Of a stretch of DNA of 64,000 nucleotides, positions 1-13,875 are shown in pieces. The notes under the pieces are model-generated. The model made no database searches. It was not told the origin of the DNA and saw nothing but the letters and a program-made list of their open reading frames with translations. A program made the translations under genes and the position numbers. This DNA comes from Octopus sinensis (taxonomy: Eukaryota), in NCBI RefSeq assembly GCF_006345805.1, contig NC_042997.1:183024001-183088000 (forward strand), given 5' to 3'. Each line of letters begins with the position of its first letter. The stretch's first letter is position 1.

Positions 1-56
1 TGAACCCGGAACCATGTGGTTGGTAAGCACTTACCACACAGCCACTCCTGTGCCTA
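1..56 (-). mobile_element. tRNA-derived SINE family A, 5' end (cut by window edge)
   Basis: Reverse complement matches the head of the copy at 27903 (aggcgcaggagtggctgtgtggtaag...ggttccgggttca). Confidence 0.85.
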
Positions 57-569
57 TACATATAAGAAAATGCACTATTCCTTTTGCTTTGCAGTTAATT
101 AATTCCAAAGTATATTATTAATTCCAAAATATATTATTACGGTTAAATCATTTCAAAATACAATACTATATTACCACAATCAAATTAATTTAAGATTACA
201 TTCAAATAATTTCAATATACATTATTAATCACCCCAAAGAATATAATTGCAAAAGGCATAATTAAATATTTCAACGTACATAATTACAAACCAATTTCAC
301 TTCCTGCAGAAGTTAGTCATTGCAATGCATGTATGTAATTGTTTGCTACTAACTTTCATTTAATATAGTGCCTACCGGAAGCAGGCGCATCATAGACGCA
401 TAACGAAACAAGGGAGGTAATATATATGTTTGTACTCTCAAATTATATGTTTGTGCACTCAAATTAAGTAGAGATGTTAATTTTTGTTAACTATTCAAAA
501 ACATGAGGGAAATATATTTTATAAATATTACTAAATGAATTTAAAATAGGTGTGAGCAATTGATTAATA

Positions 570-960
570 ATCTAAACTTGGTTTATATTATACAGTATAA
601 AATGTTTCTTGAATGGTTTTTTGTTTTGTCATATTTCCGGCACTTTAATGTAATGAGAATTGTTTAAAATTTGGGTGCTGAGTTCTTTCACGTCTATCTA
701 AATGCTCCGGGTCGAATTCTCTTGTGTTCGGATCATGTAGTTACTGTCAATGAACTGCCATGCATTTTCTAGGTGACACAGGTTTGGCCGATATAATTTT
801 CCCCAGACCAAGATATGAATTAAGTTTTCTATCTTTTATTCTAGATTCGTCTAGTTTTGTAAGTGGAACTTGGAGCCTTCGGTTATATTAACCTAAATTC
901 CACAACTCGATGTTCCTTATTTTTTTAACGTCGTCACTCATTAAAAGTTTCTTTAATGAA
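570..960 (-). pseudogene. Decayed PLE GIY-YIG endonuclease fragment
   Basis: Minus-strand translation across stops and frameshifts gives SCGI*VNITEGSKF, ENLIH, ENYIGQT, RKCMAVH, EHLD, HFI..KPSL, collinear with the EN fragments at 21475 and 46570. Confidence 0.6.
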
Positions 961-1139
961 TGTGGTAAGCTGTTTCACAATACATATTTCACATTCCGCA
1001 ACGATTTGATTGTAATGATATACTTTAGAATTAATAAACTCTGTGTGTGTGCGCGCGCGCGCGTATGTAAGTCAATATGCGAGCATGCACGTAAACATTA
1101 CCAATGTCACATACTTAATGCATATCTTTTGTTTATACG

Positions 1140-1897
1140 GTTATTAACTGCACGATTTCGCCCAGGAAAATACCTTTATGACGTCAAATATTTAAAAGGC
1201 GGCGAGCTGGCAGAATCGTTAGCACGCCGGGCGAAATGCGTAACCGTATTTCGTCTGCCGTTATGTTCTGAGTTCAAATTCCGCCGAGGTCGACTTTGCC
1301 TTTCATCCTTTCGGGGTCGATTAAATAAGTACCAGTTACGCACTAGGGTCGATGTAATCGACTTAATCCGTGTGAGTCTGTCCTTGTTTGTCCCCTCTAT
1401 ATTTAGCCCCTTGTGGGTAGTAAAGAAATAAATATTTAAAAGACACTGAATACCTCAAAATCAGACGAAACGAATTACCCCATCGGTGTACGAGAATAGT
1501 GGATATCGATATTTCGCTCGGCATAGTATATTCGAATCACCACGAAACGAATTCGAAAAGCTGATCTGAAGTATATATGCAGGTAGTGAAGTATACAAGC
1601 AACAGCGTTGCATAAGTAAACCAAAATTAAAATTTGAATTAGAAATAACTGTAATCATATAAATATTATTAATGTAAATATTATTATTAATAGCTGCGGA
1701 ATTTTATCCGGAGAATCAAGACGTCTAGGTGACTCGAGTATACGGTGCCAATGAGCTGAATTAACAACGAAATATTGATATTCACCGATCTGTTTCACCT
1801 ACGGTGCGATTCGTTTCGTCTGGCTTTGAGGTATTTGGGATTTCTAAAACTTCACTTAAAAGTACTTTCCCTGAACGAAATACAACAGCTTTAATAA
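1140..1897. mobile_element. Old foldback/MITE-like element interrupted by a SINE
   Basis: aatacctcaaaatcagacgaaacgaat (1449) is inverted at 1809-1835; outer arms 1141-1185 and about 1850-1897 are also inverted-similar. Confidence 0.65.
1198..1430 (+). mobile_element. SINE family B (tRNA-like head, Meta-domain-like core)
   Basis: A/B-box-like tggcagaatcg and gagttcaaattcc; core gactttgcctttcatcctttcggggtcgat; 13-bp TSD aaatatttaaaag at 1186-1198 and 1430-1442. Confidence 0.9.
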
Positions 1898-2041
1898 GAG
1901 TATAATAAAATATATACGTTAAATATGTGACATTGGTAATCAATACAGACACATCGGTACATTATTAGAGCTGCTTTTGTTTACATATGTGTGTGAGTAT
2001 GTTTGTGTGTATGTGTGTGTGTGTGTATGTATGTATGTGTG

Positions 2042-2095
<54 letters not shown>

Positions 2096-3551
2096 GTTTC
2101 TTTAAACTAAATGCTTATCTTGTGACTCAAGTTTCACGTCACTGTGACTATCAGGTGAGAAGTATCACATCTCGGATTTAGTAATATATGTATGCTTGTT
2201 GACTTCAGTATAGTCTTACGTATCTGTTTGTTCAATGGTCTGGTTTTTAGTTTTAACTTGCTATGTTATTTTTCTGTCATTTCATTTTTTTTTTTTTTTT
2301 GCGGTTGCTGCTGAGGAGATACATTTTTAATCTACATATTCTTTTTAGGCTTATCTGTTAAAAACTGTTCATTTTTCAAGTTTGATTGATTGATTTTTGT
2401 GAATGTATATGAGTGAGTGAGTGGGTGAGTGAGTGAGTGTGTGTCTGTGTGTGAGTGTGTGTGTTTGTGTGTGTGTGTGTGTGTGTGTTTGTGTGTGTGT
2501 GTATGTGTGTGTGTGTATGTGTGTGTGTCTGTGTGTCTGTGCCTGTGTCTGTGTTTCTACCTTATCCAATCTAGAATTAGAACCATGTTTTTGAAAAATA
2601 TATCTAGAGCGTGATGTTTTCACTTCACTTATTAAATTACGTATGCTTCACGCGATTATGTGGTATGACGAATTGAGGATAGATTCAAGAAATGTCTATG
2701 TAGAGCGTTGTGAAATCAATTATTTTCTATTTGTGACTATGCTCTTTTCTTCTAACTCCCACATGTGTTTAGATAGAGATGTAGTCTTTTCTTTTGGAAA
2801 AGGTCCAGAACGTTTGTGTGTATGGTATGTATGGTGTTGTGTGTGATATCTGGTGTGTGTGTGTGTATGTGTGTGCGCGCGCGCGTGTGTGTGCACCTGT
2901 GTGTGCGCGCCCGTGTTTTGAAAGTTGCACTAGTGGCGCTGATATGTTTTTCTGTTTGTTCACACCTTTCAGAGAAAGTTCTTCGATAGAGACAGATAAG
3001 TTCTGTTGCGTGCCTTTCTGGAATTTTTTTCTGTATAACAGGTATAGCGAAAAAGGTTGCGCAGTGGACAAGACTGAAGGTCTAAGAACACTGTTAGCTT
3101 TTGTAGAGCCCTTATCGATTTTTCAAGTTTCACTTGAAAAAGAAAATGCGAACGGGAAGAAGATACTGACTACAAACAAATTTATTGAAATATGGATGAG
3201 AATGGCTAGAATGGCAAGAATGGATCGAACTGCTCTAAGTATAAGCTGTACGTTGAATCACGAAATTTGGAATAAGTTCTGCGATGTAGGTTGGCTCAAG
3301 ATAGAGGCCCTCCGGTATCAAGAAGACTGTATCGTTACCTATAATTATCTGTATACCATGTATACATATTTATTTTTACATTATTCGATTTTTATATGGA
3401 AATCCCACGCTTCAGATTTTGACGATTGTCCCTCCTCGCTCGTTTGCCCTACTGGCTGATAAAAGAAATACTCTCCTTCTCTTTCCTCTTCCTCCTCTTC
3501 GTTGTCGTCGTCGTCCTCCTCTTCATCTTCATTATTACCATCATCACCATC

Positions 3552-3597
3552 AGTAGTAGTAGTAGTAGAGGTGGTGGTGGTGGTAGCAATAGTAGTA

Positions 3598-3674
<77 letters not shown>

Positions 3675-3676
3675 GC

Positions 3677-3741
<65 letters not shown>

Positions 3742-3757
3742 CAATAGCAATAGTAGT
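3552..3757. repeat. Compound (TAG)n/(CAG)n microsatellite
   Basis: Direct reading; explains the poly-Y/T/V/L ORFs. Confidence 0.97.
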
Positions 3758-3759
3758 AA

Positions 3760-4180
3760 GGCAGTGAGCTTGCAGAATCGTTAGCACACTGGGCGAAATG
3801 CTGAGCGGCATTTCGTGCGTTTTTATTTTCTGAGTTCAAATTCAACCGAGGTCAATTTTTCATTTCATCATTTCGGGGTGGATGAAATAAGATGGAGTTG
3901 GTGTAATTGCCTGAACCCCTCCCTAAAACTTACTGGTCTTGTGCCAAACTTTGAGAGCATTGTCATGATTCTTAAAACGGCGGGTTGGTAGAATCGTTAA
4001 CACAAAGTGCTTAGCGGTGTTTCGTCCGTTCTTTACGCTTTGATTTTAAATTCTGCAGAGGTGGAATTTGTCTTTCATCCTTTTCGGGTCGATAAAATAA
4101 GTTCAGTTGAGCACTAGGGTCAATGAAATAGACTAAGACCCTACTCACTTAAACTTTAGGCTTGAGCCTAGAATAGAAAG
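3760..4180 (+). mobile_element. Two adjacent decayed SINE family B copies
   Basis: gcagaatcgttagcac...tttcatc..ttcggg cores at about 3760-3955 and 3978-4180. Confidence 0.8.
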
Positions 4181-4521
4181 GATTTCCATTATTCTTTTCA
4201 TCATTGGTGCATTATTTTTCTGTCGACCAGAAAAAAAGTGAGTACTAAACCGAGATGTTGATTTTTATTAATATGTATTGGAAAGTAAAAACTTCACGAA
4301 CCATCATCTTAGCCTTCGCTACTGTCCGAAGATCAGAACCGTTAGACTGAGTCTCAGTGCGTGGAATTCTCAAAACACACACACACACACACACAAGCAA
4401 ACAAAGAAAGTCGTAAGATCAACCTAATCAAAGAAATCAGGGATTTGGTGCGGTTGTCTTATTTTATTGTTATTTAAAGTAGTACTATTCTCATATTTTT
4501 TAGTGCACAAGTCATTTACTA

Positions 4522-4918
4522 TCTTTATATATAAAAGAGAGGTTGTGTGTCTGTCTCCTACGATTTAGATTCCTAACTACTCCCACATTTTGCGGTGCAG
4601 TTTAACCAAAACCGGGTATCTTATAGTCGTGATTCATATCGTGCCCTTCTGGGTATTAGCGCGCGTCTACGATGAGTCTACGATTAAAAAAATTTTACCA
4701 TCATTTTTTTCCATTTTAATGCATTTTTTTGCTATTATATAAGGGAAGTAACTCTCTAAAAATGTCTACGATGAGTCAACGATTTAAAAAAACATTTACC
4801 ATCATTTTTTTTTCCGTTTTTAATGCATTTTTTTGCTATTTTTTGGCTATAACTCTCTAAAAATGCTTATATGGTTATTTCCCTTACAAACCCGAGCAAC
4901 GCCGGGCGATACTGCTAG
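4522..4918 (+). mobile_element. Non-autonomous Helitron
   Basis: 5' TC (tctttatatataaaag), 3' hairpin cccgagcaacgccggg then CTAG, inserted between A4521 and T4919 with no TSD; internal ~110-bp tandem duplication. Confidence 0.85.
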
Positions 4919-4939
4919 TAAGTTAATAAGTAACACATT

Positions 4940-5188
4940 TGGTCAAACTAAAGCGTTTGACCCGGTCATAAAAACACAAATAAAATAGTGTAATAGGTGT
5001 AAAACAACTTCCTCTAAACGAATATGAAAAAAAAAGAAAGAAATGCGTGCTCGCGAAAGGGGTGTGGGGGAGAGGCCTCGGAAAATTCACATCGTGAATT
5101 TCCGAAAGCGTCTGAGGGTCTGACCCGAGCACAAAAACAAAAAAAAAAATAGTGTAATATGACCGGGTCAAACGCTTTAGTTTAACCA
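4940..5188. mobile_element. MITE-like element with 31-bp inverted repeat
   Basis: tggtcaaactaaagcgtttgacccggtcata (4940-4970) vs 5158-5188, one mismatch. Confidence 0.7.
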
Positions 5189-7399
5189 CACATTTTTCAT
5201 TTTCTTAACTATCATTAAATGAAATGTAAAGTCTGTAATTTCATTTTACAAACGCCTTTGTTTTTAACAGTTATATATTCATCTGGTTAATAAAACATGA
5301 CAATTCTAGAAGGCACCGGCCTTGAAAGATTTTCCGACGAACCATGTAATGTTTCAATAATTATACGAGTGTAACATAAACGAATCCGAATATACAATGC
5401 AGTAACGCCACAACGTTACTTTCTGGGGTTTTTTTATAAACATAAATTGAGTTTTTATAAACATAAATTGAGTTAGGCAACACAATTTAGTCGATATTTC
5501 TTATATGGAAAAAGATACGTGTATTAATGTACGCATAAGGAGACGTGAAATATGTGTGTAAGGGGAGGGGGGCAACAGAGAAATAAGGCTACTGTGTAAA
5601 TATAATATACTGTCGTGTAATCAACTATATTGGTTGAAGGAAAGAATTATTACGAATTACAAATAGACGAACACACACACACAGACATACACAAACACAT
5701 GTACTCACAAACATAGGGATATATATATACATACATACGCATACATTCACACCCTTATGTGTAAGTACACATACATTAGCATTTTTGTATGTGTGTGTGT
5801 CCGTCCATTTACGTATGTATGTATGTATTATGTATGCATGCATATATGTATACAATCAAATACGTGTGGATGAGCTGTAATGATATACATAAAATTGAAA
5901 TTTTCGCTTTAGTTGGAAATAGAAAATAAATATTCGTGAATTAAATAACTTAAAAAAGAGAGGGGAGATAATTGCAATAATTTATGTAAAGGTCACATAT
6001 TTAATGCAAGCACAGTAGATATGTGCGCTCGCTCACACACACACACACACAGCATGCATGCGCGTACACACATATACAAATATATACATGCATCCATACC
6101 GTCATGCCATGCAGATGTTCGCGCGCGCACACCTACACAGGTACATATACATGTGTGTGTGTATACACATACATACATATATATGTGTGTGTGTGATGTG
6201 TACACTGTTGATGGTTTTGTGTGCGCGCGCGTGTATGTCAGTATACACACATGGGCAAAAAGCAGAGAGTATATAATAACCGTTTGAAGCTAATGCTTTC
6301 CAAATAGTGGCTGAGTTACGCGATGCCAAATATTCTAAAGTATGAATAATCGGCAACGTGAAACTCAAGAGCGAAAATAGAGGAAGCTCCAGCTTCAAAT
6401 AAATAAATACAATACGTTTTTTACTGACCATATTTTTCTTTGATTATGAAGGTACACACACACCTATATATGGATATATATACATACATACATATACACA
6501 CACATACATATATACATATATATATATGTATGCGTGTGTGTATATGTATACATATACCTGTGTGCATGTGTGTGTACTAACTAGACTGAGAAACATAGTT
6601 GCAGATAACTAATTAAAATGGCAATATACCAATATAGTTTTTTTTTCTTTCTAATCAATTTTAGCAGAAAATATATGAATGATATTATAACTGTTTCTGT
6701 GCGTGTAAAAATATAAATAAAAGGGAGACAATTATTTCGATTTTCAGATAAAATTATTTTAAACTATTCGTTATTTCTTTTGTTTTTTTTTTTAAGAAAT
6801 TATGTTCAAACTACCGCAGGCCATTTTTTTCTGCGTCGTTCTCTTTCGATAAAGTGCAGGTCAAATAGTTAAAACTGAAATGAAAATCAGGTTATGTCAA
6901 GATTTTTATAACTATTCAAAGAATCTACGATTAAAAAACGACTGTCGTTTACGACGGTAAATATACATTAGTATTATTTCTAATTTTAAGTATATTATTT
7001 TTAATTTGATAAATTCTATTTACACCTCTGATCATAGAAAAAAATAATTTTTCGCAAAATCATTTCCGGTTAGTAACAATGTTAAAAATATCAACCAATC
7101 AGAATTGAAATAATTAGAAAGTGCAAGATTCTATTTACATAGTATTATTCTTTTATTATCCAAATTCCTTCAACAGCTCATTTTTTCACCTGAAGTGGTT
7201 ATTAATTAAAATAAACAATTAATTACATTTAGCAACCTATACTTATTTTTCAATTAGCTCATCTGTATTTCTTTGTCCCTTTTTTCAATTTTGTTAGCCG
7301 ATTTGCACAAACATGTACAACTCCACGCGTCTTGAGTGCTACTTTAGTTTGTCTACCAGTGAGTGAGGGAGTGAGTGAGTGTGTGTGTGTGTGTGTGTG

Positions 7400-7430
<31 letters not shown>

Positions 7431-8109
7431 TGTGTTTATTTACAAGCATCGGATAAATGTGATTAACAGATACAAATATATAAATATTATATATATATAT
7501 ATATATTGTAGCTATTAGAATATTCATAATAACCAAAACCATAGAAATTGTTAGAGTGTTTTTAGAATCCAAAGCTCAGTAGATGTGAACTATCCTTCTT
7601 TCGCTGGAACTGCAGGTTCAAGTCTAACTATAAGTTCTTTTCTGTAGCAGTCGTATTATCAAATGACAAATGCTACAGCGCTCTCATCATCAAAACTGGT
7701 GAAAATATGAGAATACCAAACAAAATTATTAACCGTGACAAATGTCCGTCCCGTTTTTAATCTTCAACGCTCTCCCATGAAGACAGGGATGCCCTACCTC
7801 CTGAAACAAACACTGGCAAAGAAGAACATTATAAATTATGTTTTCTATTTCGTTCCATATTTAAGATGGGTGGGGGTGTTAGAAACGTTACATATACAGA
7901 TCCGTATATAATAATGTAATAATGTAATATAGATCCGTAGCAAAGAGTAATATTCTTCGTACATTCATGACAATAAGTGTGTGTGTGTGTGTGTGTGGTG
8001 TGTGTGTGTGTGTATGCACACACCATACTTATATACCATGTATATATGAATGCATGTATAGCATGCATACTCACATTCGCACACATACATACGCATACAC
8101 ACACATATG

Positions 8110-8110
<1 letters not shown>

Positions 8111-8187
<77 letters not shown>
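8111..8187. repeat. (AGAT)n microsatellite
   Basis: Direct reading. Confidence 0.97.
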
Positions 8188-8188
<1 letters not shown>

Positions 8189-8750
8189 ACACACGCACAT
8201 AATGGAGATGTACATAAATATCTGTATGCTTACAAATACATATGTGTATGTGTGTGTGTAAATATATCAAATATGTGTGTATTATAAACATACACATACA
8301 TATTAATTCAGTCACATTCACTCGTACACGTACATAATATAATATATATATAATTGAAAGAAGTAGAGAGTTGCAGAAAGAGCGAAGGAAAAAAAGGTAT
8401 TCCGTCAACTCGTTACATATGGCTGAGTAATTTCACAGGCACGCATACGCTCAACATTATTCTGTTAGAATCAGCGTGACACAGTATGACAACGCTAGGT
8501 TTCAACATATTTTCCATCGACCTATTTCCACTAATTAAGTATGGGTCGAGCCGATGCGATATTAAAAACACTTGCCCAATGTGTAGCTCACTGAAACCGA
8601 ACTTTTAATCATGTGGCTATGAAGCAAACTTCTTAGGCACACAGCCATGATATGGCACACGCTTACGATATATGTGTGCGTGCGCGCGTGATAGGTATTT
8701 GTGTGCGTGTAAGTGTATGTGTGTATGTGTATATATATATATATATATAT

Positions 8751-8789
<39 letters not shown>

Positions 8790-8859
8790 AGTATCGACCA
8801 GACTATCGGATGTTGTTATACATCGCTGGTCACGATGCGCTTTGCATTGTTTTCGCTTT

Positions 8860-9058
8860 CAAACGATGCCATTTCGCTGGCTGGTCGAGCAGGTCAACAT
8901 TCTTCTGATTGGAAGGCTATCCGTCACAGGGTTACGATTGGGACAACGTGAAATAAAGTGTTTTGCTCAAGAACACAACGCGCCACCCCAGTGCATGAAT
9001 CGAACCCATGGTCTAGTGATCGTGTGTGGAATACCCTAACCACAAGGCCACACGCCTT
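8860..9058 (-). mobile_element. Decayed tRNA-derived SINE
   Basis: Minus strand reads tggccttgtggttaggg (A box) and gggttcgattc (B box), then gtgttcttgagcaaaacac. Confidence 0.65.
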
Positions 9059-9117
9059 CACCCCACCACACACACAAGCACTCATGCGCGCACACACACA
9101 TGCACATACAAATAGAT

Positions 9118-9462
9118 GCATACATACATACATACATACATACATACATACACATGCATACATACACACATACATACATACACACATACATACAGACACA
9201 CATACATACACACACACATACACACACACACATACATACACACACATACATACACACACATACACACACACACATACACACACACACATACATACACACA
9301 CATACATACATACACACACACATACACATACACACACACACATACACACACATACACACATACACACACATACACACACACACATACACACACATACACA
9401 CACACATACACACACACACATACACACACATACACACATACATACATACATACATACATACA
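9118..9462. repeat. Long (CA)/(TACA) compound microsatellite
   Basis: Direct reading. Confidence 0.97.
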
Positions 9463-9758
9463 TCTTTATTTTACGCTATATTATATTAAGCGTTTGATGT
9501 AGTCTGCCAAATAGATAACGAAATGTTTATTGCAATAAACATTAAGAAGACATTGTAACAATATCCGGACTTACGATCATATTTAGGTGATCATTTCTAA
9601 TTGATAAAGCGTTCGGTACCCATGAATTTGATCATAACAATTTAGTGTTTGATAATCTTATCAGTTCATGTAATAAGCAGCTTCATCTTTACGCACACGC
9701 GCACGCAGACGCACACACACACACACACACACACACACCCACACATATTTATTGTATG

Positions 9759-9809
<51 letters not shown>

Positions 9810-9904
9810 TAATCCAAACGAGAAAATAGAAAAAACAACAACACAAGGAGGTGGAACAATTAAAGTATTATTATTAGGCGCTCAGGAAAAGGGGAAGAAG
9901 GAGG

Positions 9905-9939
9905 GTATGACGTTTCGAGCGGAGCTCTTCGTCGGAAAC
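9905..9939 (-). ncRNA. Minimal type-I hammerhead ribozyme motif (variant core CCGACGA)
   Basis: gttt-CCGACGA-A-GAGC(tcc)GCTC-GAAACGTC-atac; palindromic stem III ACGT, GUC site. Confidence 0.6.
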
Positions 9940-10033
9940 ACAAGAGAAAGAAAGATCCCGAGGCGGGCGGACGGAGGGGAAAAAACGCGACTGGTTTTCA
10001 CATATATATATATATATGTGTGTGTGTGGTGGT

Positions 10034-10117
<84 letters not shown>

Positions 10118-10168
10118 GTATATATGTATGCATATATATGTATGTATGTAAATGTATGTATTTATATA

Positions 10169-10200
<32 letters not shown>

Positions 10201-10301
10201 GTTAATCCAAACATGATAGCACAAAAAAAAAAACACAACAACGCGAGGACGTGGAACAAATATAGTATTATTGGACGCTCAGGAAAGAAGGAAAGAAGGA
10301 G

Positions 10302-10338
10302 GTTTTAACGTTTCGAGCGGAGCTCTTCGTCGGAAACA
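10302..10338 (-). ncRNA. Minimal type-I hammerhead ribozyme motif (variant core CCGACGA)
   Basis: gttt-CCGACGA-A-GAGC(tcc)GCTC-GAAACGTT-aaaac. Confidence 0.6.
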
Positions 10339-10413
10339 TAGGAGAAGGAAAGATCCAGAGAAGGGAAGACAGAGGGAAAAAAATCGTCAACGGTACACAC
10401 GCGGTCATATATT

Positions 10414-10508
<95 letters not shown>

Positions 10509-10763
10509 GCATACATATATATACATATATATACATACACGCATACCTACCTACATACATACATACATACATACATTCATACATACATAAAAACATACAT
10601 AAATCAATGTAACTGCGTGACTCAAGTTGCGGGAGTTTTGTACAAATGCATGAAATTCTCGAAGCTTGAGTCACTCTCAATAAAAATATACACATACTCA
10701 TATTTCGAGTTCTATTTTTCCTATTTGCATCGACACACCTATATATCAAGTGTGTGTGTGTGT

Positions 10764-10813
<50 letters not shown>

Positions 10814-10838
10814 TAAAAGTACATAAATTATTGATGCC

Positions 10839-10927
10839 TTTCAGCCAATCTTGCCAATCGGCTTGACACTAGCGATTAAATAGAAAAAAATTCTCTATGC
10901 GAAGCCGTTTGGTAAGATCGGCTGAAA
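10839..10927. repeat. Short inverted repeat (26-bp arms)
   Basis: tttcagccaatcttgccaatcggctt vs aagccgtttggtaagatcggctgaaa, 3 mismatches. Confidence 0.7.
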
Positions 10928-11038
10928 TGGATCTATCACACTGTATATCTATAAGCTCACTCCATTGATAAATATATCCATTCTTTTGACATTCATTTGA
11001 ACGCATATATTTTTCTGACTAATGGATGATTTTTACTC

Positions 11039-11150
<112 letters not shown>

Positions 11151-11664
11151 CACACACATATATATATTCTTGTATTCTTTTATTCTTTTATTTGTTTCTG
11201 TAATTTTGACTGCAGTCGAACAAATCGACCCCAGGACTTATTCTTTGTAAACCCAATACTTATTCTATCGGTCTCTTTCGGTCTCTTTCGACTAAAATTA
11301 CTGAATAAAATATATACACTCATGTAGGTATGGATATGCGCGCTTACGCGAATACTATGAGCATTTTTACCCCCTTACTTTTACTCCCTTCCCCTCACTT
11401 AGCGGTCATTCAAATAGCTCTTTTGTCTTAATAACGGTGAGTTACAAAGTAATTTCGCTTTGTTTAACGGTCATTTTCATAGCATTTTTCTGGTGGCCGG
11501 ATAACTGAAGAGATGGCGGCATGGATTTCCACCCCGACATCTGAAATTCGGACTTTTATCATGGCTACCGAATAATTGTCACATATTACATTTACAGATA
11601 AATTCCTCTATTTACATAATATCGCGGTCTCTTTCATTCTTTTGTTGTCTTACCATTTCTGTCA

Positions 11665-11710
<46 letters not shown>

Positions 11711-11795
11711 ATATATAAGATTAGATCGTATACGAGTGGGTATATATTTGTAAAAAAGAAGTTTGAAAATGCCACTATATTAAATAAATTTTAAT

Positions 11796-11838
11796 TTTTA
11801 CATGTTTCGGTTCTTGAAGTAACGAACCTTATCAAAAA
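11796..11838 (-). ncRNA. Decayed hammerhead motif
   Basis: TTGATAA-GGTTC(gttacttcaa)GAACC-GAAACATGTA; core differs from CUGANGA at 2 positions. Confidence 0.4.
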
Positions 11839-12249
11839 GAATTTTTTTATAATAAAGATTATAATGGAATAGTTCATAATTGTTTCATACATTCAATAGA
11901 GTCCATGCTATATACATAAAAAGTATAATGGAACAGTTCATAATTGTTACATACATTCAATAGAATCCATGTTCTTGAAAAGGCGAAAAATATATATTAT
12001 AAGGTGTAAGTCGTTCCGTACTGATTTGTCAAGTGTAGTGCAGGAGATCATTATAGATTTTACCTTGTGTTCCGATGGGAGCAACTGTAATGATTCCTGG
12101 TTGTCGTAATTTTGGTCAACTTGTGATTGTTGGGTTTATATCAGTTAAGTCAGTAGTAGCTGTGGTCTCTGGCACTGTTCACTGACGTCATATAATTCCA
12201 AACCAATCAAAGCCAAGCTTCAACGATTATAAGGAAAAGACCCCCAACT

Positions 12250-12520
12250 GTATCCTGTTTAGGAAACCAGCCAAGCAGAACAAGTTTGACCACGGAAGAA
12301 AAACGTCATCAATTTTTTAGCTAATCAAAATTAGATCTGACCCATAATTGTATCCTGTTAGGTGGCTAGTTTGACCACGGAGGAAAAACGTCATCAATTT
12401 TTTAGCGAATCAAAGTCAGATCTGACCCATAATTGTTTAGGAAACCAGCCAAGCAGAACGACAAGTTTGACCACGGAAGAAAAAACGTCATCAATTTTTT
12501 GACTAATCAAAATCAGATCT
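12250..12520. repeat. Three imperfect tandem copies of a ~85-97-bp unit
   Basis: gtttgaccacgga.gaaaaacgtcatcaattttt...agatctg at about 12284, 12369 and 12466. Confidence 0.85.
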
Positions 12521-12747
12521 GTTCGCAGAGAAAAAAAATTCTTTTTATAAATTTTTCCTTCCCTAAGACATACCACTGCCAGCGGGAGTGACTGTTTAAG
12601 GATCTGAGAAATTGTAATTGCCCCACCTCCACTATTTTAATTCTCTCACTGTGGCCGTAGTAACAGTGACCACGGTGGTTGTAGTAGTGGTAGTGTTAGT
12701 GGGAGCAGTCGTAGTGGTTGTGGTAGAGTTTCGTTTTTATTTTATAT

Positions 12748-12822
<75 letters not shown>

Positions 12823-12823
<1 letters not shown>

Positions 12824-13790
12824 CTGTATATATATAAAAGGCAAGATGTGTGTGTGTGTACGTGAATGTAATTTATGCACATCCACAAATTAGCACGCAT
12901 ATCGCTCCAATTTTAGGAGGACATTCGTCACAATCCTTGCTGTATTTTCGTCAAATTATTTTCCCCCGAGGCACCAGCGAATAACGGTCAAAATTAATTT
13001 TCGACCATAACTTAACAATTTTCATGGCGGAGAAATCCACCATTGTTTATACAAACAGGAGTTAAGTCCACTTCTAGCGACGGTGTAAAGAGAGGGAGGA
13101 AGAGGGAGAGAGAGAGAGATAACAGATTTTTTTAAAATTTCGTCTTTTTACTGAGTGATTGACAGGCAAAAACAGACAGACAGATGTTGTTATGTATGTA
13201 TGTATGTATGTATGTATGTATGTATGTGTGAATGGCTTCAGTCACACACACACACACGAACATGTATGCGTACAAAACACATGTATGCAATGTGTATGTG
13301 TGTTGCCCGTATATATATATACAGTATAACGACATTTTCCGTTTCTCCACAACTAATTTCCAAATTAGCTGAATTCGTTGCTCTACTCATAGCGATATAT
13401 AGCTGGTCGTGCGTGAACATGGGAGAGAGCAGAGGTTAACAGAGCAAAAGGCCTACGTGTTGACTGTAGACACGCTCCTTCGCAAACGATCAGCTATCAT
13501 TTTGTAAACAATGTTTCGAAACTGTCCATGTTTTCGAAAGGAGAGATCTGACTCTTTTCAACCATAACGTCTACCAATTTTGATGCATTTTGTTTAAACT
13601 TGATGCCAGTATTACTTAGGACTCATGGAATCTTTGAATGCTTTAAGTTCTCCAGAAACTAAAAAAAAATCGATGAGTAGAAAAAATCGATAAACCGATT
13701 CCTTATGGGATTTCCCAATCAAATTGTCTGCAAAATTTCAGCCAAAAGTTTACCAATTTCAACGGAATAATATATACATAAATATATACA
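12823..13790 (+). mobile_element. Helitron-like remnant (5' end present, 3' end not found)
   Basis: a|TCtgtatatatataaaaggcaagatgtgtg resembles the 5' ends at 4522 and 34361. Confidence 0.45.
13325..13490 (-). pseudogene. PIF1-type (Helitron RepHel) helicase C-terminal fragment
   Basis: GACLQ/QHVGLLL..SPMFTHDQLYIAMSRATNSANLEI..ETENVV matches the QGQTL..VG....PVFSHGQLYVALSR...T.NVV motif V-VI pattern. Confidence 0.75.
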
Positions 13791-13807
13791 CACCTGTGTG
13801 TGTGTGT

Positions 13808-13875
<68 letters not shown>

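Larger units (their letters stand above)
9807..10406 (-). mobile_element. Two tandem PLE-type terminal units, each with a hammerhead motif, in a (TA)n tract
   Basis: Units at about 9807-10000 and 10201-10406 are similar to each other and to 55890-56090 (opposite strand). Confidence 0.7.

Noticed and set aside
12250-12520. CRISPR-like repeat array
   Set aside because: Eukaryotic context, intervening sequences are themselves repeated, no cas genes
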